From Abditibacteriaceae bacterium (GTDB lineage Bacteria > Armatimonadota > Abditibacteriia > Abditibacteriales > Abditibacteriaceae), in the NCBI GenBank assembly GCA_965277285.1, contig OZ255721.1, positions 2,880,001 through 2,944,000 of the forward strand: DNA of 64,000 nucleotides. The letters run 5' to 3'. The notes below the pieces were generated by a model, which saw only the letters and a program-made list of their open reading frames with translations, had not been told where the DNA came from and did no database searches. Positions 11,015 to 22,373 of this stretch are shown piece after piece. The position numbers and the translations under genes were made by a program. Within the stretch, counting starts at the first letter, position 1. Each line of letters begins with the position of its first letter.

Positions 11015-14000
11015 TTAAAGCAAACGCTTCATAATCGACTGCTTGCGTTCTGGCGCGTCGTCAACGATGTTTTGCGCGGCGCAAATCTGCGCTTCCAAAA
11101 TCGTGACTTCGCGCACCAGCTTTTTCTGTTCGTCAAGACAAGGAACGGGGATTTTGATATTTCTCATCTTGGTCGCATTGATATTGGCTTGATTGATGGA
11201 TTTCGCCGCGCCTGATTTCGCTTCGTGCTGGAAGTTGGCCGAGTTCATCATCAAATTGACGAAAAATGGGTCGGCCAAAGTTTGATGAACCACAACGCGA
11301 ATTAAGTACGACGCGAAACAATAATCGCCTTCGAGTAGAAAATGCCGGTTTTGCCGACGTGTTCGATGCTGTTGGTGCGGTTGAACAAAATATCGCCGTG
11401 CTTGAGTTTGTACTTCTCAAACTCGTCGGCGGAAATATCAGCGTATTTCATTTTGCCGTTGTCGTTCATTTTTCCGCTGATGATTTCGTTCATGCGGAAG
11501 ATTTTGTAGCCAACGCCGCTTTCGTTCATCGCTTCGTTAATGCCGTATTGAACTCCCAAACTAATGGCGCCGATTTCCTTAAAGTCAAATCCCGATTGAT
11601 AAACGTCAGCGACTTTATCGGAGATTTGCTTTTCCGCTTCAGCAATCGTCACTTTAGCTTTTTTCACTTCGCCGTCCACCGCTTCGCATTCCGCGACGAT
11701 TTGCGTCTGAACATCTTTCGGCGGCAACGGAATTTTCAAACCTCGCAAATCATCAGGATAAACGTGAGGTTGTGCCGCTCCTCGCGCCAAATTGAATATG
11801 TCGTTTTGGACTGATTGTAAGATGTGAAAAATGAAAAGAGTAGATTCAACCGTCTTGCCTATAATCGTTGAGCAATCAGAAGCAAAAATAGGTTCACGCC
11901 AAAGGTTGACGTAACCAGCACTCGCTCCCTATGCACTAACGGTTATTACATTCGCCGGTCTGTTCGATTCGTTGTGGCGATAAGTAAAAGACTTGCCACC
12001 CGCAACAACAGGAACGTTGCCTGCTTTAGCATCCTATTCAGTTATCACGTTGCCTTTTTGAATTTCGGCAATCTCACCCAATCTGTCCAAATTCCACTGT
12101 GTTTCAATCGTAACGTTGCGTTTTGGCGACAGAGAAAAGGCTTTGTTAAAATCGGTGCGCGAAAAGTCGAGCATATCGATCAGTCGTGCGGTGGAAAGCG
12201 TACCGGCTAACGATTCGGGAATGGCGACCTCTTCGCCGTTGAAGTTGCGCCGAATGCAAGCGTTAATTTTTTCAAGGTTGTCGGCGTCGTTCGGGTCATA
12301 GAGCGCCGTTTTGATGCGCGACAAGTTGTTCAGATTTTCCATGATGCGCTCGGTTTCCGCATCGCTTTCCTCGTCTTCGGCTTCGCCCGCATTGGCCGCC
12401 GCTTTCGAGTACTCGGCCAAATACTTGATGCCTTCCTTGCCTTTGGAACTGCTCCATTCGTAGCCCAGAAACGCCTTGCGCTCTTTATCAGTCGCGGGGC
12501 TTTGCACCACGACGACTTTTTGCTGATTTTCGCTGGCCAGCGTGAAATAGAACAATTTGTCTTTTTCGATTTCTTGGATGTATTCCAGAAATCGCCCATC
12601 GAGTTCGGCTTTCTTGTCATCGTCGCTTTTGTCCTTGAAAACCTTTTGCTTGACGTAGTTTTTCGTGATCGTCAGGTTGTCGAATTCGCGCCGATAATCG
12701 CGCAACATTTCCGTTTCGAGCAAGGCGTCGTTTGGTTCGCCTGCAAGCAGCGTTTTGTAATCGTCGAAAGCGATTTCGATGTGATGGCAGTAGCTGCGAA
12801 TGAAATGTTCGTCCTGAAAAACTGCGCCGCCGCTATCACCGCTGAACCAATCGTCCACGCGATTGCGGTAATGCTCGGCGGGCGCGGGATTGTTGTCTTT
12901 GCGGCGCAGAAACAAAACGACCGTATTAGTTCCGGTCTTGCCGAAGGTGCCGCTGCCCAATTCCACAATTGCCACGATGTCAAAACTTTTCAGCAAAATC
13001 TCGCGCGTGGCGACATAATTGTTGGCTTTATTCAGAGGATATTTCTGGTTGCCTTTATTGAGAATCGAGGACGGCGCTATAATTCCCGCCACGCCGCCCG
13101 ACTTGAGCAACTGCTCGGCGCGCTCGATGAAAAAAGTTTCGATGGCGTTGTTACTGGAAAAACTCTTTTCATCAATCGCTTTCAACATCGAGTACTCGTT
13201 GCGCTCGCTTTCGCTCAACGTTTCCAAAAAGCCTTTCACGCTGTAAGGCGGATTGGCGACCAAGATGTCAAACGAATCGTTTTTGATTTCCGCTGCGGCT
13301 TTGTGCTTGTTGGTGTCGAGTTTGGCCAGAGCGTCGCCATAAATGATGTGAATCTGGTCTTGGCCATACATGAACGCCGAAACCTTAGCGACTTTCGACA
13401 GGCGATACTCTTTCTCAATGCCGTAAATCTGGTTATAGAAATCTTTGACATCGCCTTTATTGTGCCTGGCAACCAAAGGCTTGGTTTGCAGCGCCAGTTC
13501 ATTGAGAAAATGCCCCGCGCCGCAAGCGTAATCAATAGCGCGCGGTGGCTTTTCGCTGTTTGCGATCAAAGTTTCCAGCGGCAGCGACATCACGATAAAT
13601 TTGGTGATCGGCGACGGCGTGAAAAATTGCCCTTCCGATTGCTTGACGCCCTGATCCAGAAAACCCTCGAACATATCGCCCAAGAATTGGTTTTGCTGTT
13701 CGCTTTGCAAACGCAGGTCTTGCAGCATTTTCACAATCTTCAAGAGCACTTCAAAGTTTTGATGAAAGAGGTTCTCGTTGTGTACGTCCAAAAACGCGAA
13801 ATCGTTGTTGGTAAAAAACTTCAGTTCGCGGAAGTAGCCTAAGATTTTCGTGCGCGTGGCGTCCGGTTTTTCTTTGACAAAACGAAAGGCATTGCGGATT
13901 GTCCCCTCGTCAATGTAGGTAACATCTTCGCCCAGGAACTCGTTCATGCCGTCTTTGTAGAGCTTTTGCAAACGATCCTGTAAATCGAAAGGCGAATCGT

Positions 14001-14901
14001 AGGCAATACCTTTCCAATTGAATTTTAAGTCGCTCGCGTTGCGCGATTCATCGACGATTTTGCACAAAAACAGATTGACCAATTTATCGAACGCATTCTC
14101 GCGTCCTGAAACGTTGTGCTGCCGCAAAATGGTGGCGAACTCATGGTATTTGCTTTGTATTTCCTGGTCGCTGGCGACATTATCCAAATCGTCAATTGTA
14201 TATTTGAGTTTGCCGATGCGATACGGCTGAATGTCTTTCTCGAAAATCCCTTTGGTCGCATAATCGAGCGCGTAGGTTTCCTTCCAAACTTTATATAAAT
14301 CTTCGACTTCCGTCGCGTCTTTGTAAGTCAGCGGTTTCAAATCCTTCTTTTCTTCAATCAGCTTTTCATTGTCGATCAAAGTCAGGATGTAATTATCGTA
14401 AGTCGGCTTGCCGCTTATGAAATCCGACGCATATAAACACAGATATTGCGTGCTGCGAGCCTGCACCGCATAAGTCAACAATTGGCTAACACCGTTTTGC
14501 GCTTTGCGCCATGCCACATTGAACTCGCGCCCCGCCGTTTTACATTCGATAATCAGCAACGCCTTTCCGCTGTTGTCTTTAACCAAAATATCGGCGCGTC
14601 CACCGCTCGCCCCATGCCCAACTTGCCATTTGGGTTCGAGTTCGATGTGTTCGGGCTTGTAACCCTTTTCAAGCAAACGATGCACGCATTCAAAAACGAC
14701 AAAGTTTTCGTCATCGGAAAAATTGCAGGTGAAATCGCCATTGACAATTAACCCTTTGTCTTGGGGGTAAATCAAAGTGTGCTTGCCGAAATCAACCCGC
14801 AAAACAGCATCCATATCGTCAAATCGCTTGCTGAAGATCTGGCCGTCGGCTTGAAACTTCAAGACTTGCAAAAGGGCTTTAAAATTATCTTTGGAGATCA
14901 T
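11015..14901 (-). pseudogene. Fused restriction endonuclease / N6-adenine methyltransferase / specificity-domain gene (type IIG or fused type I); specificity part disrupted
   Basis: 955-aa open part with GRADILV...IIECK (PD-(D/E)xK), GQFFTP, DYACGAGHF and NPPY. The frame continues as HsdS-like TRDs through TAG stops at 12034-12036 and 11929-11931 and a 1-nt deletion near 11339-11342, ending at 11015 (QANINATKMRNIKIPVPCLDEQKKLV). Confidence 0.85.
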
Positions 14902-15251
14902 AAGGACAAAAGGGTTTAAGAAGGCTTGGAATGAGATGAAAACTTAAGATAAACCTGAAAAGCAGCTCGTCAGAGACGCATTCAAATTCATCGAGTACTC
15001 GATTGCTTATATACGATGCGCCAAGTATACACATCACTATGCGCCCATTTCTCTCCTTCTGTCTATTTCATGCTGCAGGTTGAAGGAAAAGAAAGCAACC
15101 CTTCCCATCCCTATAATTTCCTACTGACACACTCAAATTTCTCTCTATTCATATTCTCAATATATAAATATCAGGTTATAATAGGTTCCAGCTTCCGCCC
15201 GTCGCGTTGTTTGTGGCGGCGTGGAAAACTTTGTTTCTCGAAGGAGACCCG

Positions 15252-15740
15252 ATGGCTGAACCTGTTTTGCCCGCGCCGCTGACAGGCGCGCAACTCAAAG
15301 ACGTGAACGAGGCTTTGGACAAGCTGCAAACCATCTTGTCGCCGCTTTATGTGCAGCTCGATAGCGAAGCGATTCGTCGCTTGGCCAAGATGGGCGATAA
15401 AAGCGTCTCTTTTGTGCAAGACGCGCTGCAAGCCGCGCAAAATAACGCCGCGACTTTGCCCACCACTTTTTCGACCGACGACTTCGCCAAAGCGACCGAA
15501 CTGCAAAGCCAGATGCGCGCGGTCGAACTGCGCCTGGAACAAATCACCAGCGGCGTCACCAACATGGCGATGCTTTCCGGCTCCTCGGCGATGAATCGCG
15601 CCAATCAAGCCTATGGATTCTTCCAAATGGGCGAACGCACCAACCCCGCTTTGTCGCCCATCGTTCAAGCATTGAGCGAGCGTTACAAGCGCGCCAAATC
15701 CGAAAGTGCGCCCGCCAAACTCGCCGCCCACGCTTCTTAA
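15252..15740 (+). CDS. Hypothetical all-helical protein (~162 aa)
   Basis: AAGGAG RBS before ATG 15252; normal codon usage; followed by a terminator. Confidence 0.75.
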   Translation: MAEPVLPAPLTGAQLKDVNEALDKLQTILSPLYVQLDSEAIRRLAKMGDKSVSFVQDALQAAQNNAATLPTTFSTDDFAKATELQSQMRAVELRLEQITSGVTNMAMLSGSSAMNRANQAYGFFQMGERTNPALSPIVQALSERYKRAKSESAPAKLAAHAS

Positions 15741-15815
15741 CTCAAGCGCCAATCAAAAAGACTCGACTGCAAGTGAAAAATTCTTGCAGTCGAGTCTTTT
15801 TTGCTGGCGCTTGAG
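15741..15815 (+). terminator. Intrinsic terminator
   Basis: Long stem AAAAAGACTCGACTGCAAG/CTTGCAGTCGAGTCTTTTT with a T-run, extended by CTCAAGCGCCA/TGGCGCTTGAG. Confidence 0.75.
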
Positions 15816-15989
15816 CAAAAAGCATTCGGCGTTAAGTGCATTCCACTTGACGACCAGTAAATTTCACTTACGCGCGAGTGATTTTTATTCGGCGTTGAGT
15901 GTTTTTATTGACGGCTGGGTAATTTCCCCTCAACGTTAAATGAAATTTACTGGATGGCGTGTAGCTCTCTGTTGTAAGTGTTTGAGTTT

Positions 15990-16052
15990 GTCATTCTGAG
16001 CGGAGCGAAGAATCTAACTTCAACAAGATTCTTCGCTCTCGCTCAGAATGAC
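15990..16052. repeat. REP-like hairpin family A
   Basis: GTCATTCTGAGCGGAGCGAAGAATCT...AGATTCTTCGCTCTCGCTCAGAATGAC. Confidence 0.9.
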
Positions 16053-16088
16053 AAACTTTGAGTCACCTGTTTTGGATAGGCTTTTGCG

Positions 16089-17930
16089 TTATGAAGATTC
16101 AATCGCGTGAGAACCAAACGCAAAGACTTCGGCGTAAATTGGGTTGAAGGAGCGCGACGGCGGCAGAACGCCCAATTGTTGCAGCGTACGAGCATTGGTG
16201 CGATTGCGGTCGCGGGCGCGTTCGTAGAATTCGCGCGGGTCGCTGCCGCCGGGGAACATCGGTTCGAGTTGCGAAATGTGGTCGAGAATCAGTTCGACTT
16301 TGCGCTCCATCAAGGCTTTGTCGAAAACGCTGAAGTAATCGCCTTGCCAGACGGCGAATTCGTCCCACGCGCCGCGATAATTCCAGAGATTGAACTCTTT
16401 CCCGCCGCTTTTCGAGTACTCGATTGTCGCGCGTTCAAAGGTCTGGTTGCACAGCGCATGAGTTCCGTGCGGATCGTTCATTTCGCCGGTTAATAAAACC
16501 AAATCGGGCTGCGTTTGCTGCAAAGTTTGCAGCACAATTTCGACATCGCGTTCGCTGATTTGCTTTGCGCCGTCGCGGTAAAACGGCAAATCGAGAAAAA
16601 GCGGCGTCGCGCCCATTTTGCGACAGGCGTCGGACGCTTCGCTTTCGCGCACCAGGCGTTTCAATTCACGCAAAAGCGGCGCGTCAGCTTCGCCATCTGC
16701 ACGCTCGAAAATGGAATGTCGAACCTGCGACGAAACTTCTTCAAACGATTGATGCGACGCGTTTTTCTCGAGATAAGACACGAAACGCGGATCGCGCGCG
16801 CGCAAGGAACGCAGAACGTCTTTGTCGCGCACCGCATGAAAACCGCTGACGCCATAAGCGACATGAACGCGATTATTGCGTTCGACCAATTTCATCAAGG
16901 TCGCGCCGCAGCAAATTACATCGTCGTCGGGATGCGGCGAAAGACACAAAACGTTGGCGTCGCGCGGCAAATAATTTTCGTCGTCCAAACGCGCTCTCAA
17001 ATCTATTTTGACTTCTTGAATCGCCGCTTCGAGTGATGAAACCTCGCGCGCGAAACCACTGCTTCCAACTTCTTCCAAATCGTGCGCAGTCAACTTCGAT
17101 AAGGGTTTAGCGAGTTCTTGCGAAGCCGCCAAAAGCGCGCGACGACATAAATCGAAGTCGGAAAAATCGGCGTCAGGGGCGCGCCATGGTTTCGAGTACT
17201 CGATAAGTTGCGCAGCCGCGCTTTCATCTAAAAACCAGTGAACGTTTGGGTGTTCGCGCAGAAATGAGGCGGGAACTTTCGAGGTGATTTTGCCTTCAAT
17301 CGCTTCACGCACAATGTCGGCTTTGCGCGCGCCATTCGCCATGAGGACGATTTGGCGCGCTTGCGTAATCGTGCCGATGCCCATCGTAATCGCGCGCACG
17401 GGAACGTTTTCAGTGCCTAAGAAATCCGTCGCGGCGTCGGCGCGCGTCAAATGATCGAGCGTGACCAATCGAGTCCGCGAATCAATCGGCGAACCTGGCT
17501 CGTTGAAACCGATATGTCCGGTGCGCCCGATTCCCAAAAGCTGCAAATCCAAACCGCCCGCGTCCGCAATGGCTTTTTCGTATGCCTCGCAATCGCTTTC
17601 GACCTGTTGAACGTCGCGCCGCCGTCCATCGGGAACGTGCCATTTCGTGCAATTGATGTGGTCGAACAAATGTTCGCGCATGAAACGCCGATAACTTTGC
17701 GGCGCATCCGGCGCAATCGGAAAGTATTCATCGAGATTGAAGGTCACAACTTGCGAGAAATCGAGAGATTCCTCGCGGTGCAGACGAATCAGTTCGTCGT
17801 AAACACCAATTGGCGTCGAGCCGGTTGCCAGCCCCAGAACACAGTTCGGTTTTTCGCGGACAAGTTGCGCAATAAGCAATGCGACTTCGCGGCAGATTGT
17901 GACGTAATCGGAGCGAATTTCAAGAACCAT
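16089..17930 (-). CDS. nagB: Glucosamine-6-phosphate deaminase fused to a PIG-L/LmbE-like domain
   Basis: LGLATGSTP, TFNLDEY, LGIGRTGHIGFNEPGS; C-terminal SPHPDDDVI and DPHGTH motifs. Confidence 0.93.
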   Translation of the reverse strand: MVLEIRSDYVTICREVALLIAQLVREKPNCVLGLATGSTPIGVYDELIRLHREESLDFSQVVTFNLDEYFPIAPDAPQSYRRFMREHLFDHINCTKWHVPDGRRRDVQQVESDCEAYEKAIADAGGLDLQLLGIGRTGHIGFNEPGSPIDSRTRLVTLDHLTRADAATDFLGTENVPVRAITMGIGTITQARQIVLMANGARKADIVREAIEGKITSKVPASFLREHPNVHWFLDESAAAQLIEYSKPWRAPDADFSDFDLCRRALLAASQELAKPLSKLTAHDLEEVGSSGFAREVSSLEAAIQEVKIDLRARLDDENYLPRDANVLCLSPHPDDDVICCGATLMKLVERNNRVHVAYGVSGFHAVRDKDVLRSLRARDPRFVSYLEKNASHQSFEEVSSQVRHSIFERADGEADAPLLRELKRLVRESEASDACRKMGATPLFLDLPFYRDGAKQISERDVEIVLQTLQQTQPDLVLLTGEMNDPHGTHALCNQTFERATIEYSKSGGKEFNLWNYRGAWDEFAVWQGDYFSVFDKALMERKVELILDHISQLEPMFPGGSDPREFYERARDRNRTNARTLQQLGVLPPSRSFNPIYAEVFAFGSHAIESS

Positions 17931-18125
17931 AATGAGGAATCGAGTACTCGATGTGCGACCTTGCGTGCGGCGGCTTCGTGCCAGATAAAGCCGCGAAACT
18001 CATCAAACTATAGCAAGAACGTCTCAAAATTCAACAACCTTTTGAACGCGTAACACCGTTGTTACCTTGGCGTGATAAGTTAAATTGCGAAATTCGTTTC
18101 AGCACACGTTTGCGAAGGGGAAGTT

Positions 18126-21100
18126 ATCACAAACACGTTCAACAGCACATTCAACCAATTTGAAAACGGTAGCGCGGCGCACGAAGCGCGCCTCGATCAT
18201 TATTATCAGCAAATTAAGACGGTGATTTTGTCGCGTCAGCATCCCATCACGGGACTTTTGCCGGCCAGCACCGCCATCAACGCGCACGGCGATTACACCG
18301 ATGCGTGGGTGCGCGACAACGTTTACAGCATTCTGGGCGTTTGGGGTTTGGCTCTGGCGTATCGCAAAATCGACACGGACAAAGGGCGCACTTTCGAGTT
18401 GGAAGGCTGCGTTATTCGCCTGATGCGCGGCTTGCTGTTCGCCATGATGCGCCAGGCCGACAAAGTCGAGACGTTCAAAAACACGCAATCACCCGCCGAT
18501 GCTTTGCATGCCAAATACGGCACGCGCACCGGACAAACCGTCGTCGGCGACGATCAGTGGGGACATTTGCAACTCGACGCGACTTCGCTTTTCCTGCTGA
18601 CGTTGGGGCAGATGACGGCTTCGGGATTGAACGTCATTTTCACCATCGACGAAGTAAATTTCGTGCAAAACCTGATGTATTACATCGGGCGCGCTTATCA
18701 AACGCCGGATTATGGCATTTGGGAGCGCGGCAACAAAATCAACAGTGGACACGCCGAACTCAACGCCAGTTCGGTCGGCATGGCCAAAGCCGCACTGGAA
18801 ACTCTCAATGGCCTGGATTTGTTTGGTGTGCGCGGCAGTCAGGCTTCGGTGCTGCACACAATGGATGATGAAATCGCTCGCTCGCGCATCACGCTCGAAT
18901 CGCTTTTGCCGTGGGAATCGAGTTCCAAGGAAGTCGATGCGGCGCTGCTCAGCATCATCGGTTTTCCGGCTTTTGCGGTCGAAGACGCCGAACTGGTCGC
19001 CCGCACGCGCGCTCGCGTCATCGAACAATTGCAGGGCAATTACGGGTGCAAGCGTTTTCTACGCGACGGTCATCAAACCGTGATTGAAGACCACTCGCGC
19101 CTGCATTACGAAGGTTGGGAATTGAAGCAGTTTGAAAATATCGAATCGGAATGGCCGCTGTTCTACACTTATTTGCTGCTCGATTGCTTGTTTCGCCACG
19201 ATGACGCAGGCGTCCGCGAATACCGCGCGCTACTCAATCGAGTACTCGTTGAACAAAACGGCGTCCAATTATTGCCCGAATTGTATTACGTTCCAGCCGA
19301 AAACATCGAAGCCGAACGCAAAAATCCGCACAGCCAGACGCGCTTGCCCAATGCGAACGTGCCTTTGGTATGGGCGCAAAGCCTGCTTTATGTGGGCGAA
19401 ATGATCGAGGAAGGCTTGCTACATCGCGGCGACATTGATCCGCTGGGGCGCCATCATCGTGTCGGAAAAGTGCGCGAGCCGGTCGTACAAATCGCGCTGC
19501 TGGCCGAAGATGAAAGCGTGCAATGGGAACTCGAGTCATTCGGCATTCGGGCGCAAACACCATCGCAAATCGCGCCGATTCAGGTGCGTCACGCGCAGGA
19601 ATTGGCGGCTGCGTATGGGCAAATCGGGCGCAACGACAAAATGGGATTGAGCGGTCGTCCGATTCGGCGCTTGCGCAGTCTGACGACTTCGATTGTATTT
19701 CAAATTCGCGGCGAAACCATGGTTTTTCTGCCGTCATTTCTCGACACGCAACAGTTTTATCTGACGCTGGACGAACGTTTTCGCGTCGCGCAAATCAAAA
19801 GCGAACTGGCGTATATTGAGCGCCACTGGAAAAAGCCGGGACGCCCGACCATGACGCTGCTAATCTCACGCACCGTTTGGGACACGGGCCGCGAAACGTT
19901 ACTCGAATTGATGAACGAACTGCAAAGCGGCGTCTGCGACAATGTTGCGGTGCAATTGGGACGCTTGAGTCAACTGACGAAAACCGCCTGCAAAGAGCGC
20001 ATCGACTATTTGCACGACTTCCAATTTTCCACAGCGCAACTTCCAGGGACAGCGACCAGAACTTTTCACCTGCATTCCGACACGTCGTTAAATGCGCCGC
20101 TTGGCTCGCTGGACGAGTTTTTATTAGAACGCGAAACCGATTCGTGGACGCTGTTTGAGCGTTTGAAAGCATCACGCAATTTATATGAACAAGTCGAGAT
20201 TTTGCAGGACTTGACGCGACTTGGCGGCCTGCAATCGAGTACTCGATGGAACGAAGACGGGCCGGAAATCACAGTTGCGCAATTGCTGGACGAAGTTTAC
20301 GAACGAGCCGCGCGCGGTGATAAGCGAAATCGGCCTTACTGGACAATTGTGCGTCGCGTCTCCGGCTTGCTGGGCAAGCTCGATGTCGGTTTGGCGGATG
20401 CCGTCACCGATATTTTGGTGCGACAAAAGCAGATTACGGTCGGCAAAGCGTATTTTGAAGACGCGCTGATTACACGCCCAATGGCGCCGGGCGAAATCCT
20501 CGACAAGATTCGCGCCTTTGCCAGCGAGGATGTGCGCGAGTTGGTTTTGGCGCAGGAAATCCTGATTTTCCTGGGCTTGCTCATCAAAACCGAGCCGCAG
20601 TTATTTGAAGGCTTGTTGACGTTGCGTGTCAATTACCTGGTCTTGCTGATGACCAGCGAACTGGCCAATGAGCGCCATTTGCGGCAAGACGAAGCGTTCG
20701 AGTTCTTGATGCAAAGCAGTCCGTCGGAAATTCAGCGACGTTTGCGCAACGTGCTGGCGATGCGCGAAAGCAGCAAGGGATTGTTGCAGCAACAGGAAAC
20801 GTTGCACATTGCGAACGGAATAATTTGCGTTTCCGCGCTGGAAAATGCGCCTCGAGTACTCGAACCCGAAGAAGGTTGGATGCGTTTCCGCCAGCGCGAA
20901 GGCGCGCTCAACCGCGTGCCGAATAACTTTTATCGTCGCACCTGGAAACTGTTGCACCATTGTCACGGCTTGGTCATCGGCGACAAATTGGAGCAGCGCA
21001 ATCGCCTGGACAGCGCCGTGATTGTGGGCGAAATGACGGCGGATGAAAAGAATTTCGCCGTCTGGGTCGAACATCTGCTGAGCAAAATCGAGTTCCCCGA

Positions 21101-21365
21101 ATATCGCCAACTGAATACCGAAGCGATTCTCGTTTTGTCCGAAGTCGCTGAGCGCCAGCCCGAACTGCACATCGAAGAATCTATCGTGCTCGACATTTTA
21201 ATTGGGCACGCCGTGCGTTTGGCGTGGCTCGAAACGCACCTCAAACGCGCGGATCATTACGACGAAGACAAGCCCGCCGCCTGGCAAGCGTTCTACGAAA
21301 GTTCGCCGCAACGTTGCGCGCGTTTCCTGGTGCAAGCACTTCAGTTTTTGGCGAAAACGGAGTAA
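18126..21365 (+). CDS. GH15 / phosphorylase kinase alpha-beta-like protein; probable non-AUG start (first canonical start is GTG 18222)
   Basis: RLDHYYQQIKTVILSRQHPITGLLPAST, DAWVRDNVY, WGHLQLDA, PDYGIWERG, YGCKRFLRDG, ESEWPLF, WAQSL. Confidence 0.88.
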   Translation: MTNTFNSTFNQFENGSAAHEARLDHYYQQIKTVILSRQHPITGLLPASTAINAHGDYTDAWVRDNVYSILGVWGLALAYRKIDTDKGRTFELEGCVIRLMRGLLFAMMRQADKVETFKNTQSPADALHAKYGTRTGQTVVGDDQWGHLQLDATSLFLLTLGQMTASGLNVIFTIDEVNFVQNLMYYIGRAYQTPDYGIWERGNKINSGHAELNASSVGMAKAALETLNGLDLFGVRGSQASVLHTMDDEIARSRITLESLLPWESSSKEVDAALLSIIGFPAFAVEDAELVARTRARVIEQLQGNYGCKRFLRDGHQTVIEDHSRLHYEGWELKQFENIESEWPLFYTYLLLDCLFRHDDAGVREYRALLNRVLVEQNGVQLLPELYYVPAENIEAERKNPHSQTRLPNANVPLVWAQSLLYVGEMIEEGLLHRGDIDPLGRHHRVGKVREPVVQIALLAEDESVQWELESFGIRAQTPSQIAPIQVRHAQELAAAYGQIGRNDKMGLSGRPIRRLRSLTTSIVFQIRGETMVFLPSFLDTQQFYLTLDERFRVAQIKSELAYIERHWKKPGRPTMTLLISRTVWDTGRETLLELMNELQSGVCDNVAVQLGRLSQLTKTACKERIDYLHDFQFSTAQLPGTATRTFHLHSDTSLNAPLGSLDEFLLERETDSWTLFERLKASRNLYEQVEILQDLTRLGGLQSSTRWNEDGPEITVAQLLDEVYERAARGDKRNRPYWTIVRRVSGLLGKLDVGLADAVTDILVRQKQITVGKAYFEDALITRPMAPGEILDKIRAFASEDVRELVLAQEILIFLGLLIKTEPQLFEGLLTLRVNYLVLLMTSELANERHLRQDEAFEFLMQSSPSEIQRRLRNVLAMRESSKGLLQQQETLHIANGIICVSALENAPRVLEPEEGWMRFRQREGALNRVPNNFYRRTWKLLHHCHGLVIGDKLEQRNRLDSAVIVGEMTADEKNFAVWVEHLLSKIEFPEYRQLNTEAILVLSEVAERQPELHIEESIVLDILIGHAVRLAWLETHLKRADHYDEDKPAAWQAFYESSPQRCARFLVQALQFLAKTE

Positions 21366-21516
21366 AACAGGAAGTCGCGCAACTTTTTGCTCTACGAAAT
21401 CTGCTGTCGGCAGAAGCGATCCGGTTAGCGCAGCCGTCATAAATTTTCAAATTCAGCTCTGTTAACAGATATGAGGAGTATCAAAAAAGAAGAGAACCAA
21501 AACTTTGTCATTCTGA

Positions 21517-22373
21517 GAGGGTGTATAGGAATCACGCAAGCCTTCGGAGCATAAGCCGGATCATGGCGAGATAAATCCAGGTTTCACTTGATTTGACATT
21601 TTGCTCATAGTCTTTTGAAAGCCTTCGACATCTTCCCAACCATGCAAAAGTTCTTTCGACAACCCAGCGACGCGGCAACGGCACGTAGCCTTTGTTTTCA
21701 TATTGACGGTTCACCAGGGCATTGCGGCTTATCACTCGGAGCGCAACGCCACAGTTTTCTCGCACCCAAGCCGCGAACTTGTGTCCCCAGTAGCCTGCAT
21801 CCGCCCAAATCAACTGCAAACGTTGTGAAGGAAAGCGCCACAGGGCTTTGTCTTGCAAAAGTAATTTGGCTCCGTCACGCTCTTGAACGTTGGCAGCATG
21901 AACACACACTTGCAACAACAAGCCGTTGGTATCCACCAGAATATGACGCTTGCGCCCTTTTATTTTCTTGGCTGCATCAAAGCCTTTTGGCCCCCTTTTT
22001 CTGTGGTTTTGACGCTCTGGCTGTCCAGAATCGCTGCGCTGGGCGCCTCATCCCGTCCATCGGCCTGGCGCACTTGAGAACGCAACGAACTGTGGATACC
22101 TTCGAGAGTGCCGTTGTCACGCCAGCGCCGGAAGTGATACCAAACCACAGTGTAAGGCGGAAAATCGTGAGGCAAAGCACGCCACGAGCAGCCGTTGGTC
22201 AACTGATACAACAAAGCGTTGACGATCTCGCGTTGGGCGTAAAGCCTGCGCGTACCGCGCGCACGCTGTGGCTCGATCAAAGGGCGCAGCACTTGCCATT
22301 GTGCCTCGCTCAAATCACTGGGATAGCTCTGGCGTTTCATAAATGTAAGTCTAACCCTTTCCTATACACCCTC
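21517..22373 (-). mobile_element. IS5-family insertion sequence (~857 bp)
   Basis: Perfect terminal inverted repeats GAGGGTGTATAGGAA (21517-21531) and TTCCTATACACCCTC (22359-22373) enclose a DDE transposase. Confidence 0.93.
21532..22340 (-). CDS. IS5-family transposase in two frames joined by a -1 frameshift
   Basis: [34 protein letters not shown] -1 shift at GAAAAAGGGGG (~21991-22001) gives [21 protein letters not shown]...ADAGY...[12 protein letters not shown]. Confidence 0.88.

Noticed and set aside
11929..12036. Amber recoding or read-through at the two in-frame TAGs
   Set aside because: A frameshift lies downstream in the same gene, and TAG serves as a normal stop elsewhere (e.g. aroB); decay is the simpler explanation.
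12034..14901. The local methyltransferase as the enzyme behind the palindrome
   Set aside because: Enzymes with two different TRDs usually recognise asymmetric bipartite sites, and this gene's specificity domain is broken; nothing links it to the motif.
21960..22001. Transposase frameshift as evidence of a pseudogene
   Set aside because: It falls at an A5G5 run typical of programmed frameshifting or slippage in IS5-family elements, and the terminal repeats are perfect.
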